Assembly (NCBI RefSeq): GCF_001194135.2
Contig: NC_068981.1
Span: 163,967,561 to 164,000,177, forward strand
Length of the DNA stretch: 32,617 nt
Source: Octopus bimaculoides
Taxonomy: Eukaryota
Reading direction: 5' to 3'
The notes under the pieces were generated by a model, which saw only the letters and a program-made list of their open reading frames with translations, ran no database searches and was not told where the DNA came from. This document shows, one piece after another, positions 10,780 to 22,666 of the stretch. Within the stretch, counting starts at the first letter, position 1, and every line of letters begins with the position of its first letter. The translations under genes were made by a program, and so were the position numbers.

Positions 10780-11015
10780 CAGTGGTTCTACCGGAGGTCC
10801 ATATAAGGTTTTGTTATTAAAATGTTACGTACAATAAATTGCTTATATTTCTATAATACACAAAATATTTTACTTTCTTTTATGCAATTCCTAATAATAT
10901 TTGATTATAAAAATACAGTAAGATTTGATTATATACATCTAATAGCTATGGAGGTCCAGTAGAATAAAATAGGAATCAAAAGAGTCCAAAGACAAAAGAT
11001 GGTTTAGAACCACTG
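10780..11015. mobile_element. 236-bp MITE with hAT/Charlie-type termini
   Basis: It has a perfect TIR, CAGTGGTTCT (10780-10789) and AGAACCACTG (11006-11015). The 8-bp flanks CTCTAATG and CTCTGGAC resemble a decayed NTCTAGAN Charlie-type target duplication. GGAGGTCCA occurs twice internally. Confidence 0.7.
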
Positions 11016-11500
11016 CTCTGGACAATTAGCCAAAGAGAGAGTATGTATGTAGTCACTGATCTTGCAAGAAATAGCAGCCAAAATGTCTTTCAAATGTCAC
11101 CGTACTGTTTATGAAAAGGATGTGCTAGTTAATGTAGTTTTGGTTTCGCTACACAGCCAAAAAACAAAGAGAAACGCATTCCCTAGCCATATTGAAACTT
11201 AGACCAAAGAGTAAAAGAGTATTGTGATTTTTGTCTCTAGATTCTCGTTGCAACTTGGAGTAAAAAGAAAAATGAAAGAAGTAGAAATGATAAAGACGTA
11301 AGAAAATGATATGGTGTAGTGATCGTGCATTTTGCATAAACATTAAGGGTGTACGTGCTGTATAATGTTTTCATCGAAGGATTGAAACAAGAAGTGTAAA
11401 TTCAGCTTAGTTGAGGCTTACGTATACACTGCACACTATATTTTATATGTGATAATTTCTTTTGACTAACTAAATCTAAGTGTGTGCAGTATGTAATAGT

Positions 11501-11562
11501 TTCAAATACAACTACGATATTTGGAATACAACTACGATATTTGAAATACAGTTACAATATTT
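11501..11562. repeat. Minisatellite, three 20-bp units
   Basis: The units are TTCAAATACAACTACGATAT, TTGGAATACAACTACGATAT and TTGAAATACAGTTACAATAT. Confidence 0.9.
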
Positions 11563-12913
11563 ATATCACCTCTCAACAAATAAATTATGGCGTCGACCTT
11601 TTGCGAGATTAAAGCGCAATATGATAATCTACTGAGCTGGAAATTTCGTAAAATTCAAAACCTTAATGAACTGGTATACATCAAAACGAAATGTAATTTT
11701 TATTCATTTTGCAAGTACCATAAACGGATATATTTGGACAGAAACTAGAAACCGATTCACATGCTAATTCATCACATCACAATACATCTGCAGTTATATT
11801 GGAAAAACGATGCCAGGAGAAACACGGAAACGAAGTTTGTAGTCTTGTGTTCTATACAGTATATCAACTTTGAAGAACCCAGTTTTCCTATGTAAAAGAA
11901 TTTCATAAACGTTATGGATTGTAAAAGAAAATAGAATATACTTAAATCAAGTAAATAAACCTAGAAATACTAAGATTAGATGATTAGCATCTGCCTCAAA
12001 GTGTCATAGAGATGTTACATTCTTAGAAGACAATTTTGTAATGAAATTAATGTAACAAACAATATTTATTGTGTCTTTACTTTGTCTTTACTTGAGAGAA
12101 ATATCAAGACAAATAAGCTGAAAATACTAATTTATACTATGTTGTTCATTTGATAATTTTGTAGAATTAATTACGAAACACGATGGAACAACTCATTGCA
12201 AATCTTTCTTTTATTATATTTTCTTTGAGGAGCGATTTTCATAAATTTATGCATCTGAGGAAAATTTTTCTTTTATTTCCATCTAATAACGAATAACTTG
12301 AATGAATGTTTACTATTTTTATTGCATGTTAAATGTCTTGTAGTTTTGCCACAAGTTTTATTAATCTTACTAATATATTTACTAATCTTAAATTATATAT
12401 TCAAATTTTCTTTACAAATCAATTTGATTTTACCGAAGTTTTAACTTTTCAAACAGCTGAAAATCTAACATGTGTAAATAGTTGATGTTTGCACTGTCAC
12501 TGCTGAAGTTAAAAACCATCCCGTGTTGAAGGTAGGAAAAAAGTTAGTTTCAAAATTAACTAAGCATTTCCTACCTAGCCGAGTTGGTATCACTTTGTGG
12601 CAGTTTCGGTATCCAAATCTTTCGAAATACTCAGTTCTCCCTTACATAAATAACTGTGGAGTTCGGGCCAAAAAACATCCTATGTTCCAGCTCATATTAA
12701 GACACGAAACGTAACCTCCCTGAGACAGAACCATCTCAAACTTTTTCTGTAACCCATCTCTGCAGACAAAGTTCAGTTCTAAACTGCATATGTTACATTT
12801 ATCCTGACTTCACTCTGAATACTGATCTCTTTCTATCATTAATCTTTTACAACTGGACATTAGCAACAAAAGCTCCCATTTTTATCCAACAATTAGTTTC
12901 ATTTCCTCTAAGT

Positions 12914-12916
<3 letters not shown>

Positions 12917-12955
<39 letters not shown>
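12917..12955. repeat. (TATC)n microsatellite
   Basis: Seen directly. Confidence 0.95.
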
Positions 12956-12973
12956 CTTGGCGACCTCAGATAA

Positions 12974-13178
12974 ATAATTCTTTCTACTATAGACACAAGG
13001 CCTGAAATTATCGGGGAAGTGACCAGGCGATTAAATCGACTACAGGGCTCAGTTATTAGTTATTTTATTGAACCTCGAAAGGATGAAAGGCAAAGTCGAC
13101 TTCGGCGGAATTTGAACTCAGAACGGACGAAATAACCATTAAGCATTCTGTCCAGCGTGCTAAAGATTGTGCCAGCTC
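12974..13178 (-). mobile_element. SINE family B
   Basis: The reverse complement reads GAGCTGGCACAATCTTTAGCACGCTGGACAGAATGCTTA..GAGTTCAAATTCCGCCGAAGTCGACTTTGCCTTTCATCCTTTCGAGG..TTTCAGGCCTTGTGTCTATAGTAGAAAGAATTAT. Confidence 0.88.
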
Positions 13179-13277
13179 TGCAAGCAGCTGAGCTTCAGAC
13201 ATGATAATTTTCGGAAGTTTTACAAAACTTAAGTCTAACCGGCATGAAAGTCTCCCTAGAGTAATCTGGGCACGATT

Positions 13278-13629
13278 TGTTGTTGTTGGCACTCCGGAAC
13301 AGCCTGCTCATGAAATTAACGTGCAAGTGGCTGAGCACTCCACAGACACGTGTACCCTTAACGTAGTTCTCGGGGGAGATTCAGCGTGACACAGTGTGAC
13401 AAGGCTGACCCTTTGAATTACAGGCACAACAGAAACAGGAAGTAAGAGTGAGAGAAAGTTGTGGTGGAAGAGTACAGCAGGGTTCTGCCACCATCCCCTG
13501 TCGGAGCCTCGTGAAGCTTTAGGTGTTTTCGCTCAATAAACACTCACAACGCCCGGTCTGGGAATTGAAACCGCGATCCTATGACTGCGAGTCCGCTGCC
13601 CTAACCACTGGGCCATTGCGCCTCCACAT
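13278..13629 (-). mobile_element. Full-length tRNA-derived SINE family C with an 11-bp target-site duplication
   Basis: The head reads GGAGGCGCAATGGCCCAGTGGTTAGGG..GGTTTCAATTCCC (A and B boxes) and the tail is (AAC)n. The perfect TSD TGGGCACGATT is at 13267-13277 and 13630-13640. Confidence 0.93.
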
Positions 13630-16136
13630 TGGGCACGATTATTAATGTCACATATTCACAATTATTCTATTCGACATTAAAACAAGCAACAGTCAGTTGA
13701 GTGAAATAATTCACTCAACAAGAATCTACGATCAGTTCCCGCAAACTGAACTCATTTTATCTCTTCTTCTCATCTCTCCTATATATGTATGTATGTATGT
13801 ATCTATCTATCTATCCATCTATCTATCCATGTCTGTCTAACTGTCGGCCAGTATATTTATCTGTCGTACACATCAGTCTATCTCTGAAACATCATTTTTG
13901 AATACTTCACACACTCCACCCCCATGCTCTACCCACCCACTTGTTTAGTACACAATATGCTGCAAATAAAACATTATGATACTTTCTTTGATAATTAATC
14001 CATATTATCTCGTCGTCAGGTGCTACATGAACGCTAATGCTCACCCATTTAATGACCGCCATAACATTACGTCTAAAGCAACGCATAGAGCATTCTACTG
14101 GTAAAAGATATTAGTTTCGTCTGTAAGATTTCATCTTTCATGAAACTTTGCGAATGGAAAGAGGAGTAACGTTTTTTCCTTCCACAACCGAACCGTTCAA
14201 GTCCTTGTAATATTTCACTTGAAAACCCAAAATGAAACAGAAAACTGGACAGCATAGAGGATAAATATCAATTATACTATTTGTAAACCAACCGTATCTT
14301 CATTCAACCCTCATTATTTGAAAAATCGTCCAGGGTTACCAAATCTGTAACATCTCTTCCGGCCTGTCATTAACAACTCAAGACACACAAACACCACGTT
14401 TCTCTCACCATCTCTCTCTATATATATGTATACACACACACACANNNNNNNNNNNNNNNNNNNNNNNNNNNNNNNNNNNNNNNNNNNNNNNNNNNNNNNN
14501 NNNNNNNNNNNNNNNNNNNNNNNNNNNNNNNNNNNNNNNNNNNNNNNNNNNNNNNNNNNNNNNNNNNNNNNNNNNNNNNNNNNNNNNNNNNNNNNNNNNN
14601 NNNNNNNNNNNNNNNNNNNNNNNNNNNNNNNNNNNNNNNNNNNNNNNNNNNNNNNNNNNNNNNNNNNNNNNNNNNNNNNNNNNNNNNNNNNNNNNNNNNN
14701 NNNNNNNNNNNNNNNNNNNNNNNNNNNNNNNNNNNNNNNNNNNNNNNNNNNNNNNNNNNNNNNNNNNNNNNNNNNNNNNNNNNNNNNNNNNNNNNNNNNN
14801 NNNNNNNNNNNNNNNNNNNNNNNNNNNNNNNNNNNNNNNNNNNNNNNNNNNNNNNNNNNNNNNNNNNNNNNNNNNNNNNNNNNNNNNNNNNNNNNNNNNN
14901 NNNNNNNNNNNNNNNNNNNNNNNNNNNNNNNNNNNNNNNNNNNNNNNNNNNNNNNNNNNNNNNNNNNNNNNNNNNNNNNNNNNNNNNNNNNNNNNNNNNN
15001 NNNNNNNNNNNNNNNNNNNNNNNNNNNNNNNNNNNNNNNNNNNNNNNNNNNNNNNNNNNNNNNNNNNNNNNNNNNNNNNNNNNNNNNNNNNNNNNNNNNN
15101 NNNNNNNNNNNNNNNNNNNNNNNNNNNNNNNNNNNNNNNNNNNNNNNNNNNNNNNNNNNNNNNNNNNNNNNNNNNNNNNNNNNNNNNNNNNNNNNNNNNN
15201 NNNNNNNNNNNNNNNNNNNNNNNNNNNNNNNNNNNNNNNNNNNNNNNNNNNNNNNNNNNNNNNNNNNNNNNNNNNNNNNNNNNNNNNNNNNNNNNNNNNN
15301 NNNNNNNNNNNNNNNNNNNNNNNNNNNNNNNNNNNNNNNNNNNNNNNNNNNNNNNNNNNNNNATATATATATACACACACACATACATATACATATATAT
15401 ATATACATATATGTATATATCTAAGTATATATGTATGTACACACATATATTTGTCTACTCGTAAATATGCATTTTCATTGAAAAATTTAGACAGGAAGTG
15501 CCAACACAAGTTCTTTTTCCATGTCCAATAATTCAGTTGGGAGTCTGTTAACAATCAGTTATCAAAAGAACAGAGAAAATAACCCTGGCTTGTCTTTGTC
15601 AAATATTACACAATCTTCCCTGACATTACATATTGGAGAGGTCATCGGTGCCAAGTGAATTGGACATTCGTCATTGAAATCAAGTTCAATCCAGAGTGAG
15701 CAACAGAGGAGGCCAAAGTAAGTTACGATTACCGTAACTCTGTGTGGTGCCAAATATTTTGAGATATGAGCTAGTGTTGAATATTCATATTCTTAGCCAG
15801 CCATATAAGTTATTGGTTTGTGTCGTAGGTGGTTGACATTTGGTCGCCAGTCAACATAAAGTTTTCCTAGTCAAGCAATAGTTTCGTTCGTTTCGTTTCG
15901 TTTCGTTCCGTCCATCTTGGTTTTGGAATGATTAACAGATGAAGAGAAAAGTTAAAGAAAGCAAACAATATTTTCCTTTTCAGTTCAGTAAAGATAATAT
16001 ATATACAGTGGACAAAGTTTTGTGAAATGGTGTTTTAAGTCCACACAGAAAATATGTGTGTAGATAAGTATATACATACATACATACACACATAGATATG
16101 CACACATGCGCGCGTGCACACGCACACATTAAATAT

Positions 16137-16179
<43 letters not shown>

Positions 16180-16261
16180 ATGCATATAACTTGCATTTGC
16201 TTATAAATGTCCATGTATGTGTGTGCGTACTTATGTATAGACGTATATGTATGTATGTATG

Positions 16262-16308
<47 letters not shown>

Positions 16309-16946
16309 NNNNNNNNNNNNNNNNNNNNNNNNNNNNNNNNNNNNNNNNNNNNNNNNNNNNNNNNNNNNNNNNNNNNNNNNNNNNNNNNNNNNNNNNNNNN
16401 NNNNNNNNNNNNNNNNNNNNNNNNNNNNNNNNNNNNNNNNNNNNNNNNNNNNNNNNNNNNNNNNNNNNNNNNNNNNNNNNNNNNNNNNNNNNNNNNNNNN
16501 NNNNNNNNNNNNNNNNNNNNNNNNNNNNNNNNNNNNNNNNNNNNNNNNNNNNNNNNNNNNNNNNNNNNNNNNNNNNNNNNNNNNNNNNNNNNNNNNNNNN
16601 NNNNNNNNNNNNNNNNNNNNNNNNNNNNNNNNNNNNNNNNNNNNNNNNNNNNNNNNNNNNNNNNNNNNNNNNNNNNNNNNNNNNNNNNNNNNNNNNNNNN
16701 NNNNNNNNNNNNNNNNNNNNNNNNNNNNNNNNNNNNNNNNNNNNNNNNNNNNNNNNNNNNNNNNNNNNNNNNNNNNNNNNNNNNNNNNNNNNNNNNNNNN
16801 NNNNNNNNNNNNNNNNNNNNNNNNNNNNNNNNNNNNNNNNNNNNNNNTATATATACACCTAAATATATATGTATATGTATATATATGTAGATGCATACAT
16901 GTGTACATTTGTACATATGTGTATGTGCATGTCTCTGTGTGTGCAT

Positions 16947-17007
<61 letters not shown>

Positions 17008-17517
17008 TGTTTGTGTTTGTCTGTATGTAAATTTTCATATATTCATGCATAAGCACACACGCGTGCGTAAGAAGCTTCAGCTTCTGCAGTCTGAGTCTAA
17101 CGGTTCCGATTGTTACAACGATTTGGAGACGGCTCTGCTTTTGACTGTAACCTTTCGCATAAGTCTGATTCGAGATACACATGTATATACACACATATAC
17201 ACACACCTGTGCATGCGTATGAGTATATTACATTAACATTTGTTTTCCTTTGTAGTTATATATAAAAAGCACCTAGATGTCCTTTTTAATTACTGATATG
17301 ACATAATATGTCACATGTGCTTGTATATTGTCTTTACTGTCCGCACCCATTTATTGCACTTGGTAAAAGCACTAGTGTAATAATTGGGTATCCTTCCGGC
17401 AGTATATTGGATAGATATTATCCCTTAGTGGGTTGGATTCACAACCCCTAACTTTCTTGGATTATATATATATATATATATATCAGAATTGTAATAGCTG
17501 GTGAAAGGAGGGAGTTT

Positions 17518-17633
17518 GACGTTTCGAGCATAGCTCTTCGTCGGAAGTGTCTTCAGCAATGTAAACTACACGTGTGCCGTTGGCGATTTCTTTCCCATCT
17601 TTCTCCTTGCGACGAAGAGCTATGCCTGAAACG
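17518..17633. ncRNA. Inverted pair of hammerhead-ribozyme-like motifs in a probable PLE pseudo-LTR remnant (about 17490-17720)
   Basis: The reverse complement of 17520-17543 (CGACGAAGAGCTATGCTCGAAACG) matches 17610-17633 (CGACGAAGAGCTATGCCTGAAACG) at 22/24 positions. The minus arm reads CCGACGA-A-GAGC(TAT)GCTC-GAAA-CG-TC, with a palindromic ACGT stem III and a GUC cleavage triplet. Confidence 0.6.
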
Positions 17634-18044
17634 ACACACTCTCTCTTTTCGCTGAGCCGTTTCTTGTGCACGTCATCACGTTCGTTTATTTGAATTGTTT
17701 GTTTATATGGATTGGCTATATATACGTAATTTTCGTGGAGCATATAGTCATAATTGTGTTGCACGAGATTTTATATATAAATTAAAATGTTTACATCTAC
17801 GATGTTCGTCTGCATCGACGCTAGGACTTTATCTTGTTTCTTACGATCACATTCACTGATCAGATTCGACAGTTAACTTTCAAAAAATGAGGTGTTGAAA
17901 TAACTGTTTACTAACATTCAAAGTCAAGATGGCTTTGACTGTTTGTCCCTAAGAACAATCCGGTTTCACTTAGCCAAGCCGTGTTGAGATTGGTAACCTA
18001 AATTTTTTATCACAGTATTCACAGCATTCACCAGACTATCGGCT

Positions 18045-18270
18045 GTTGTTATACATCGCCGGTCACGTGCTACCCCAGTGGCTAGGCGAGCAGGCAAACG
18101 TTCTCTTTGATCAGAAGACTATTCTATCACACAGTTATCCATTTACAGCTGAGTGGACTGGAGCAACATGAAATAAAGTGTTTTGCTCAACGGCACAATG
18201 CACTATCTGGTTTGGGAGTCGAAACTACTATCTAGCAATCGTGAAAGCGACACCCTCACCACTAGGCCAC
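18045..18270 (-). mobile_element. tRNA-type SINE family E with a CORE-like central segment, diverged
   Basis: The reverse complement reads GTGGCCTAGTGGTGAGGG..GTTTCGACTCCC..TTGAGCAAAACACTTTATTTCATGTTGCTCCAGTCCACTCAGCTGTAAATGG, followed by an AACAAC tail. The CORE similarity is judged from memory of the consensus. Confidence 0.75.
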
Positions 18271-18345
18271 GGGCATTCACATACTATATATCTGTTTTGC
18301 AAACATGCGTATGATACAAAAAGAGTATCAAAATATACTATTTTG

Positions 18346-18620
18346 CTCTTCTACTTGTTTCGGTAGTCGGACTGCGACCACGCTGGAGCACCACCTGGTC
18401 GGAAAAATCGACTCCAGTAATTGTTTTAAAACCTGTACTTATTTTATCGGAATTTTCTGACGAACAGCTTTTTACGGGGATGTAAACAAATCACCACTAA
18501 TTGTAAAATGTGTGTAGAAATCTACATAAACAAATATATAGATTTATATACATACATACATATATGTATACGACGGGCTCAACGCAGTTTCCCTCCACCA
18601 AATTCTTAAATACAGGCTGT
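18346..18620 (-). mobile_element. SINE family A, 5'-truncated and diverged, with an internal microsatellite
   Basis: The reverse complement contains GAATTTGGTGGAGGGAAACTG..AGCCCGTCGTATA, then TTTACATCCCCGTAA..GATAAAATAAGTAC..GGAGTCGAT..GGTGCTCCAGCGTGGTCGCAGTC..GAAACAAGTAGAAGAG. Confidence 0.8.
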
Positions 18621-18715
18621 GCTGCAGAATGTATTAAAAACTATTGGGTTTATAAGAATAATCATGAATAAAAAAAATAAAGATCAAATACGGTCGAATC
18701 TTAAATATGCTGTTT

Positions 18716-18768
<53 letters not shown>

Positions 18769-19491
18769 NNNNNNNNNNCACATACATACACAGATACATA
18801 ATACATACACACATACATACATACATGCATACGTACGTACGTACGCACACACATACGCACATACACATATATGAACATATGTACGTGCATGTGTTTTGAG
18901 TTTCATTCATGACGAGAGAGGGAAGAAGAGAGGAGTCAAGTATGAAAGAAAGAGAGAGAGAGAGTGAGATAGAGAACGTGTGTGTGTGTGTATGTGTATG
19001 TGCGCATGTGTATGTGTACGTACGCGTGTGTTTCCCAAATCTAAATCCTAGAAAATCAAGGATTTCATGCATAATTTCACTGATAGAATGTCGTGGCAAC
19101 AGCAAATCCCTCTTCGGAAATAACAGCCGGGACGAGAACGAAAGTCGGCGAAGAAAAAGGATAGACATAAACACCACTTGCTCATTACGATAATTACGTT
19201 TATTAAGATTTGTGAAGTAATCACTTTTCGTTTACATTTTTATTTTGGGAACCAGAAAGTGTTTATGTACGTATGTGTATGAAAGGATCTCCATCGGTTT
19301 CAACGATGAGTAATACAGTTTAGTCTTTTGATCATCTGAATCGCCTACACATTCGATTTTAGTATGGGCTCCGAGTATTCCAAGTGCAAAACTGTATTAT
19401 TAATGGAGTCATCGAACAGATTCTGTGTGACACAATGTGTGACAAGACTGGAACTTACGAGCTTCCACACAATTTCCATCTATCCAATTTA

Positions 19492-19568
<77 letters not shown>
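19492..19568. repeat. (TATC)n microsatellite
   Basis: Seen directly. Confidence 0.95.
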
Positions 19569-19569
<1 letters not shown>

Positions 19570-20230
19570 TTATTTGCCTGTATGTCTGTTTATCATTTTG
19601 TATATGTATATATATAAATTAATTTATGAAGGTATCATCAATTCTATTATTATCGAATGTCACTATTTTAAGAATGGTAATAACAGAATCAATGATACAG
19701 GCGACAGCAGGTAAAAAAAATAGCAAAAAATTGCCAGGGATTAAAAGTAATCAAAGGACATACTAAGTATATCTACCTGCTTGAAATAACAGTTAAATCT
19801 CGTTATTAAATCGCCAAAAATACGCTGGTGATAACTACAGAAATCAAATGAAGGCAAATTTGGTTAAGATAATCTACTTACATACATTTAGATATTTGGA
19901 TTCACGTGGACTATTTTCTGCATTGGCAATATAAGCCTTAGCTTCTTCAGCGCGCATTACCAAGATTAGAAATTCCCAACCTATCCTTCTGAAGTCTGTG
20001 CCGCTATTGATTCGTTTTGCGCCGAAATCACAGCAGCTTACCAGTGTAAAAAATAACCTCGATTTAGATTTAAGAGAAAAATAATTTATTAAAATTAATT
20101 TGTGAAGGTATCATTATTTATATATCTATTACAAAATAAGTTAATTAATTCAACGGAATACACTGTCTGCAAATCGTTAAGTACCACATATTCTCCTCCA
20201 TTTTCTAATTGCTATATATATATATATATA

Positions 20231-20636
20231 CAGGCGTGGCTGTGTTGTAAGAAGCTTGCTTCCCAACCACATAGTTTCGGGTTCAGTCCAACTGCATGGC
20301 ACCTTGGGCAAGTGTCTTCTGCTATAACCTCGGGCCGGCCAAAGCCTTGTGACTGGATTTGGTAAACGGAAATGGAAAGAAGCCCGTCGAATATATCTAA
20401 ATATGTGTGTGTGTGCGTGTGTTTGTGTGTCAGTGTTTGTCCCGCCCCTCCACCATCGCTTGATAACTGAGGCTGGTGTGTTTATGTCCCCGTATCTTAG
20501 CGGTTCGGCAAAAGAGTCAGATAGAATAAGTACCAGGCTTATAAAGAATAAGTTCTGGGGTCGATTTGTTCGACTAAAGTCTGTGCTCCAACATGGCTGC
20601 AGTCAAATGACTGAAACAACTAAAAGAATAAAAGAA
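20231..20636 (+). mobile_element. SINE family A, near full length
   Basis: It has the head GGCGTGGCTGTGTTGTAAGAAGCTTGC, GGTTCAGTCC, CCTTGGGCAAG, an internal (TG)n, the 3' module GATAGAATAAGTACC..CTGGGGTCGAT, and the tail AAAAGAATAAAAGAA. Confidence 0.92.
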
Positions 20637-20927
20637 CAATATGGGAAGCCCCACAAGCGAAAGCATGTAATCTGAAAATTGTAGAAATATAGAGCGAAAA
20701 TCAAGAAACAAGGAAATGTATATATGTGGTTGTTTATTCACTGATAAATGTCTAGATGTGAAACCAGTCTGAACAAAACAGCCCTCATATTATTTTGTCT
20801 ACAAAGAAATATATAAATCCTGTTTACATATATATACATTGGCTAACGAAACCCATTATTAAAAGAAAGTTAATAATACATACGTATATTTACTTACAAA
20901 TACAAACATGTCTGTCTGTCTTTGTAG

Positions 20928-20969
<42 letters not shown>

Positions 20970-21994
20970 NNNNNNNNNNNNNNNNNNNNNNNNNNNNNNN
21001 NNNNNNNNNNNNNNNNNNNNNNNNNNNNNNNNNNNNNNNNNNNNNNNNNNNNNNNNNNNNNNNNNNNNNNNNNNNNNNNNNNNNNNNNNNNNNNNNNNNN
21101 NNNNNNNNNNNNNNNNNNNNNNNNNNNNNNNNNNNNNNNNNNNNNNNNNNNNNNNNNNNNNNNNNNNNNNNNNNNNNNNNNNNNNNNNNNNNNNNNNNNN
21201 NNNNNNNNNNNNNNNNNNNNNNNNNNNNNNNNNNNNNNNNNNNNNNNNNNNNNNNNNNNNNNNNNNNNNNNNNNNNNNNNNNNNNNNNNNNNNNNNNNNN
21301 NNNNNNNNNNNNNNNNNNNNNNNNNNNNNNNNNNNNNNNNNNNNNNNNNNNNNNNNNNNNNNNNNNNNNNNNNNNNNNNNNNNNNNNNNNNNNNNNNNNN
21401 NNNNNNNNNNNNNNNNNNNNNNNNNNNNNNNNNNNNNNNNNNNNNNNNNNNNNNNNNNNNNNNNNNNNNNNNNNNNNNNNNNNNNNNNNNNNNNNNNNNN
21501 NNNNNNNNNNNNNNNNNNNNNNNNNNNNNNNNNNNNNNNNNNNNNNNNNNNNNNNNNNNNNNNNNNNNNNNNNNNNNNNNNNNNNNNNNNNNNNNNNNNN
21601 NNNNNNNNNNNNNNNNNNNNNNNNNNNNNNNNNNNNNNNNNNNNNNNNNNNNNNNNNNNNNNNNNNNNNNNNNNNNNNNNNNNNNNNNNNNNNNNNNNNN
21701 NNNNNNNNNNNNNNNNNNNNNNNNNNNNNNNNNNNNNNNNNNNNNNNNNNNNNAACAATGATATAGTCGTGTCTTTTACATACTGCATATTGCCTAATGA
21801 CCTCGACAGTCATTGAGTCATAACCGAACGAAGGAATATATAACACAATAACAAATCAGGTATACGAAGAACGTGTCAATGTTCGTCATATACCTAATGA
21901 GGATGCCTCCATATTCAAGGAGGGGCTAATACTAGATTTCAACAAAGTAGATAGCTGGCTAGATAGATATAAGTAGATGCATAGATTGGTGGAT

Positions 21995-21997
<3 letters not shown>

Positions 21998-22047
<50 letters not shown>

Positions 22048-22420
22048 AAGAAAGAAAGGAAGAAAGAGAAGAAGGAAGAAATAGAGAGAGGGTTGGATTT
22101 AGCTCGCTAAACAGATTGATAGATATAATACACGAAATGATGTCTTACTGCTACCTCTCATAAGCTACCAGCGACAGAAAGTCTTAAGCAAGTGACAATA
22201 TGTTAGTGCAGAAGAGAAGACCGCAAACGTTGTTGTGCTTGTATGTATGCATGTGTGAATGAGGGTTTTTGAAAGCAAGTACCTGTGGTTGTTTGCTGAA
22301 ACACGTGGTTTCACAGATATTCAAAATGGCTGAAAAGGCCGAGAGGAAACAAACAAAAAAAAAACTGCGTTGCTTTCTCTCTCAATCTATCCCCTTCTCT
22401 CCCTCCCTGTCTACTTTGTC

Positions 22421-22505
<85 letters not shown>
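21998..22505. repeat. (GA)n about 21998-22040 and (TCTG)n(CT)n about 22420-22505
   Basis: Seen directly. Unique sequence lies between the two arrays. Confidence 0.85.
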
Positions 22506-22508
<3 letters not shown>

Positions 22509-22631
22509 TATGATATATCTATATTTACAGTAGCTTCGTGTATATGTAACTGTATATNNNNNNNNNNTCTGTCCATCTGTCTGTCTGTCTACCTGTCCGT
22601 CTGTCTATCTATTTAAACACACACGCGCGCG

Positions 22632-22666
<35 letters not shown>

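Noticed and set aside
12680-12760. YVPAH, resembling the RNase H WVPxH motif
   Set aside because: The flanking GIxGNExAD pattern and any RT context are absent.
13540-13629. Possible genuine tRNA gene
   Set aside because: The tRNA-like head has no proper acceptor stem and continues into a SINE body with a tail and TSD.
13696-13719. Perfect 10-bp hairpin GTTGAGTGAA-ATAA-TTCACTCAAC
   Set aside because: A single 10-bp stem is plausible by chance in 32 kb of AT-rich DNA, and nothing else supports it.
15562-15753. Minus-strand ORF containing DFNDECP, reminiscent of the cadherin DxNDNxP motif
   Set aside because: No other cadherin-repeat motifs or convincing splice sites are present.
22298-22335. 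E-box CACGTG in a near-palindrome and a YY1-like CAAAATGGC
   Set aside because: Short motifs without independent evidence of a promoter.
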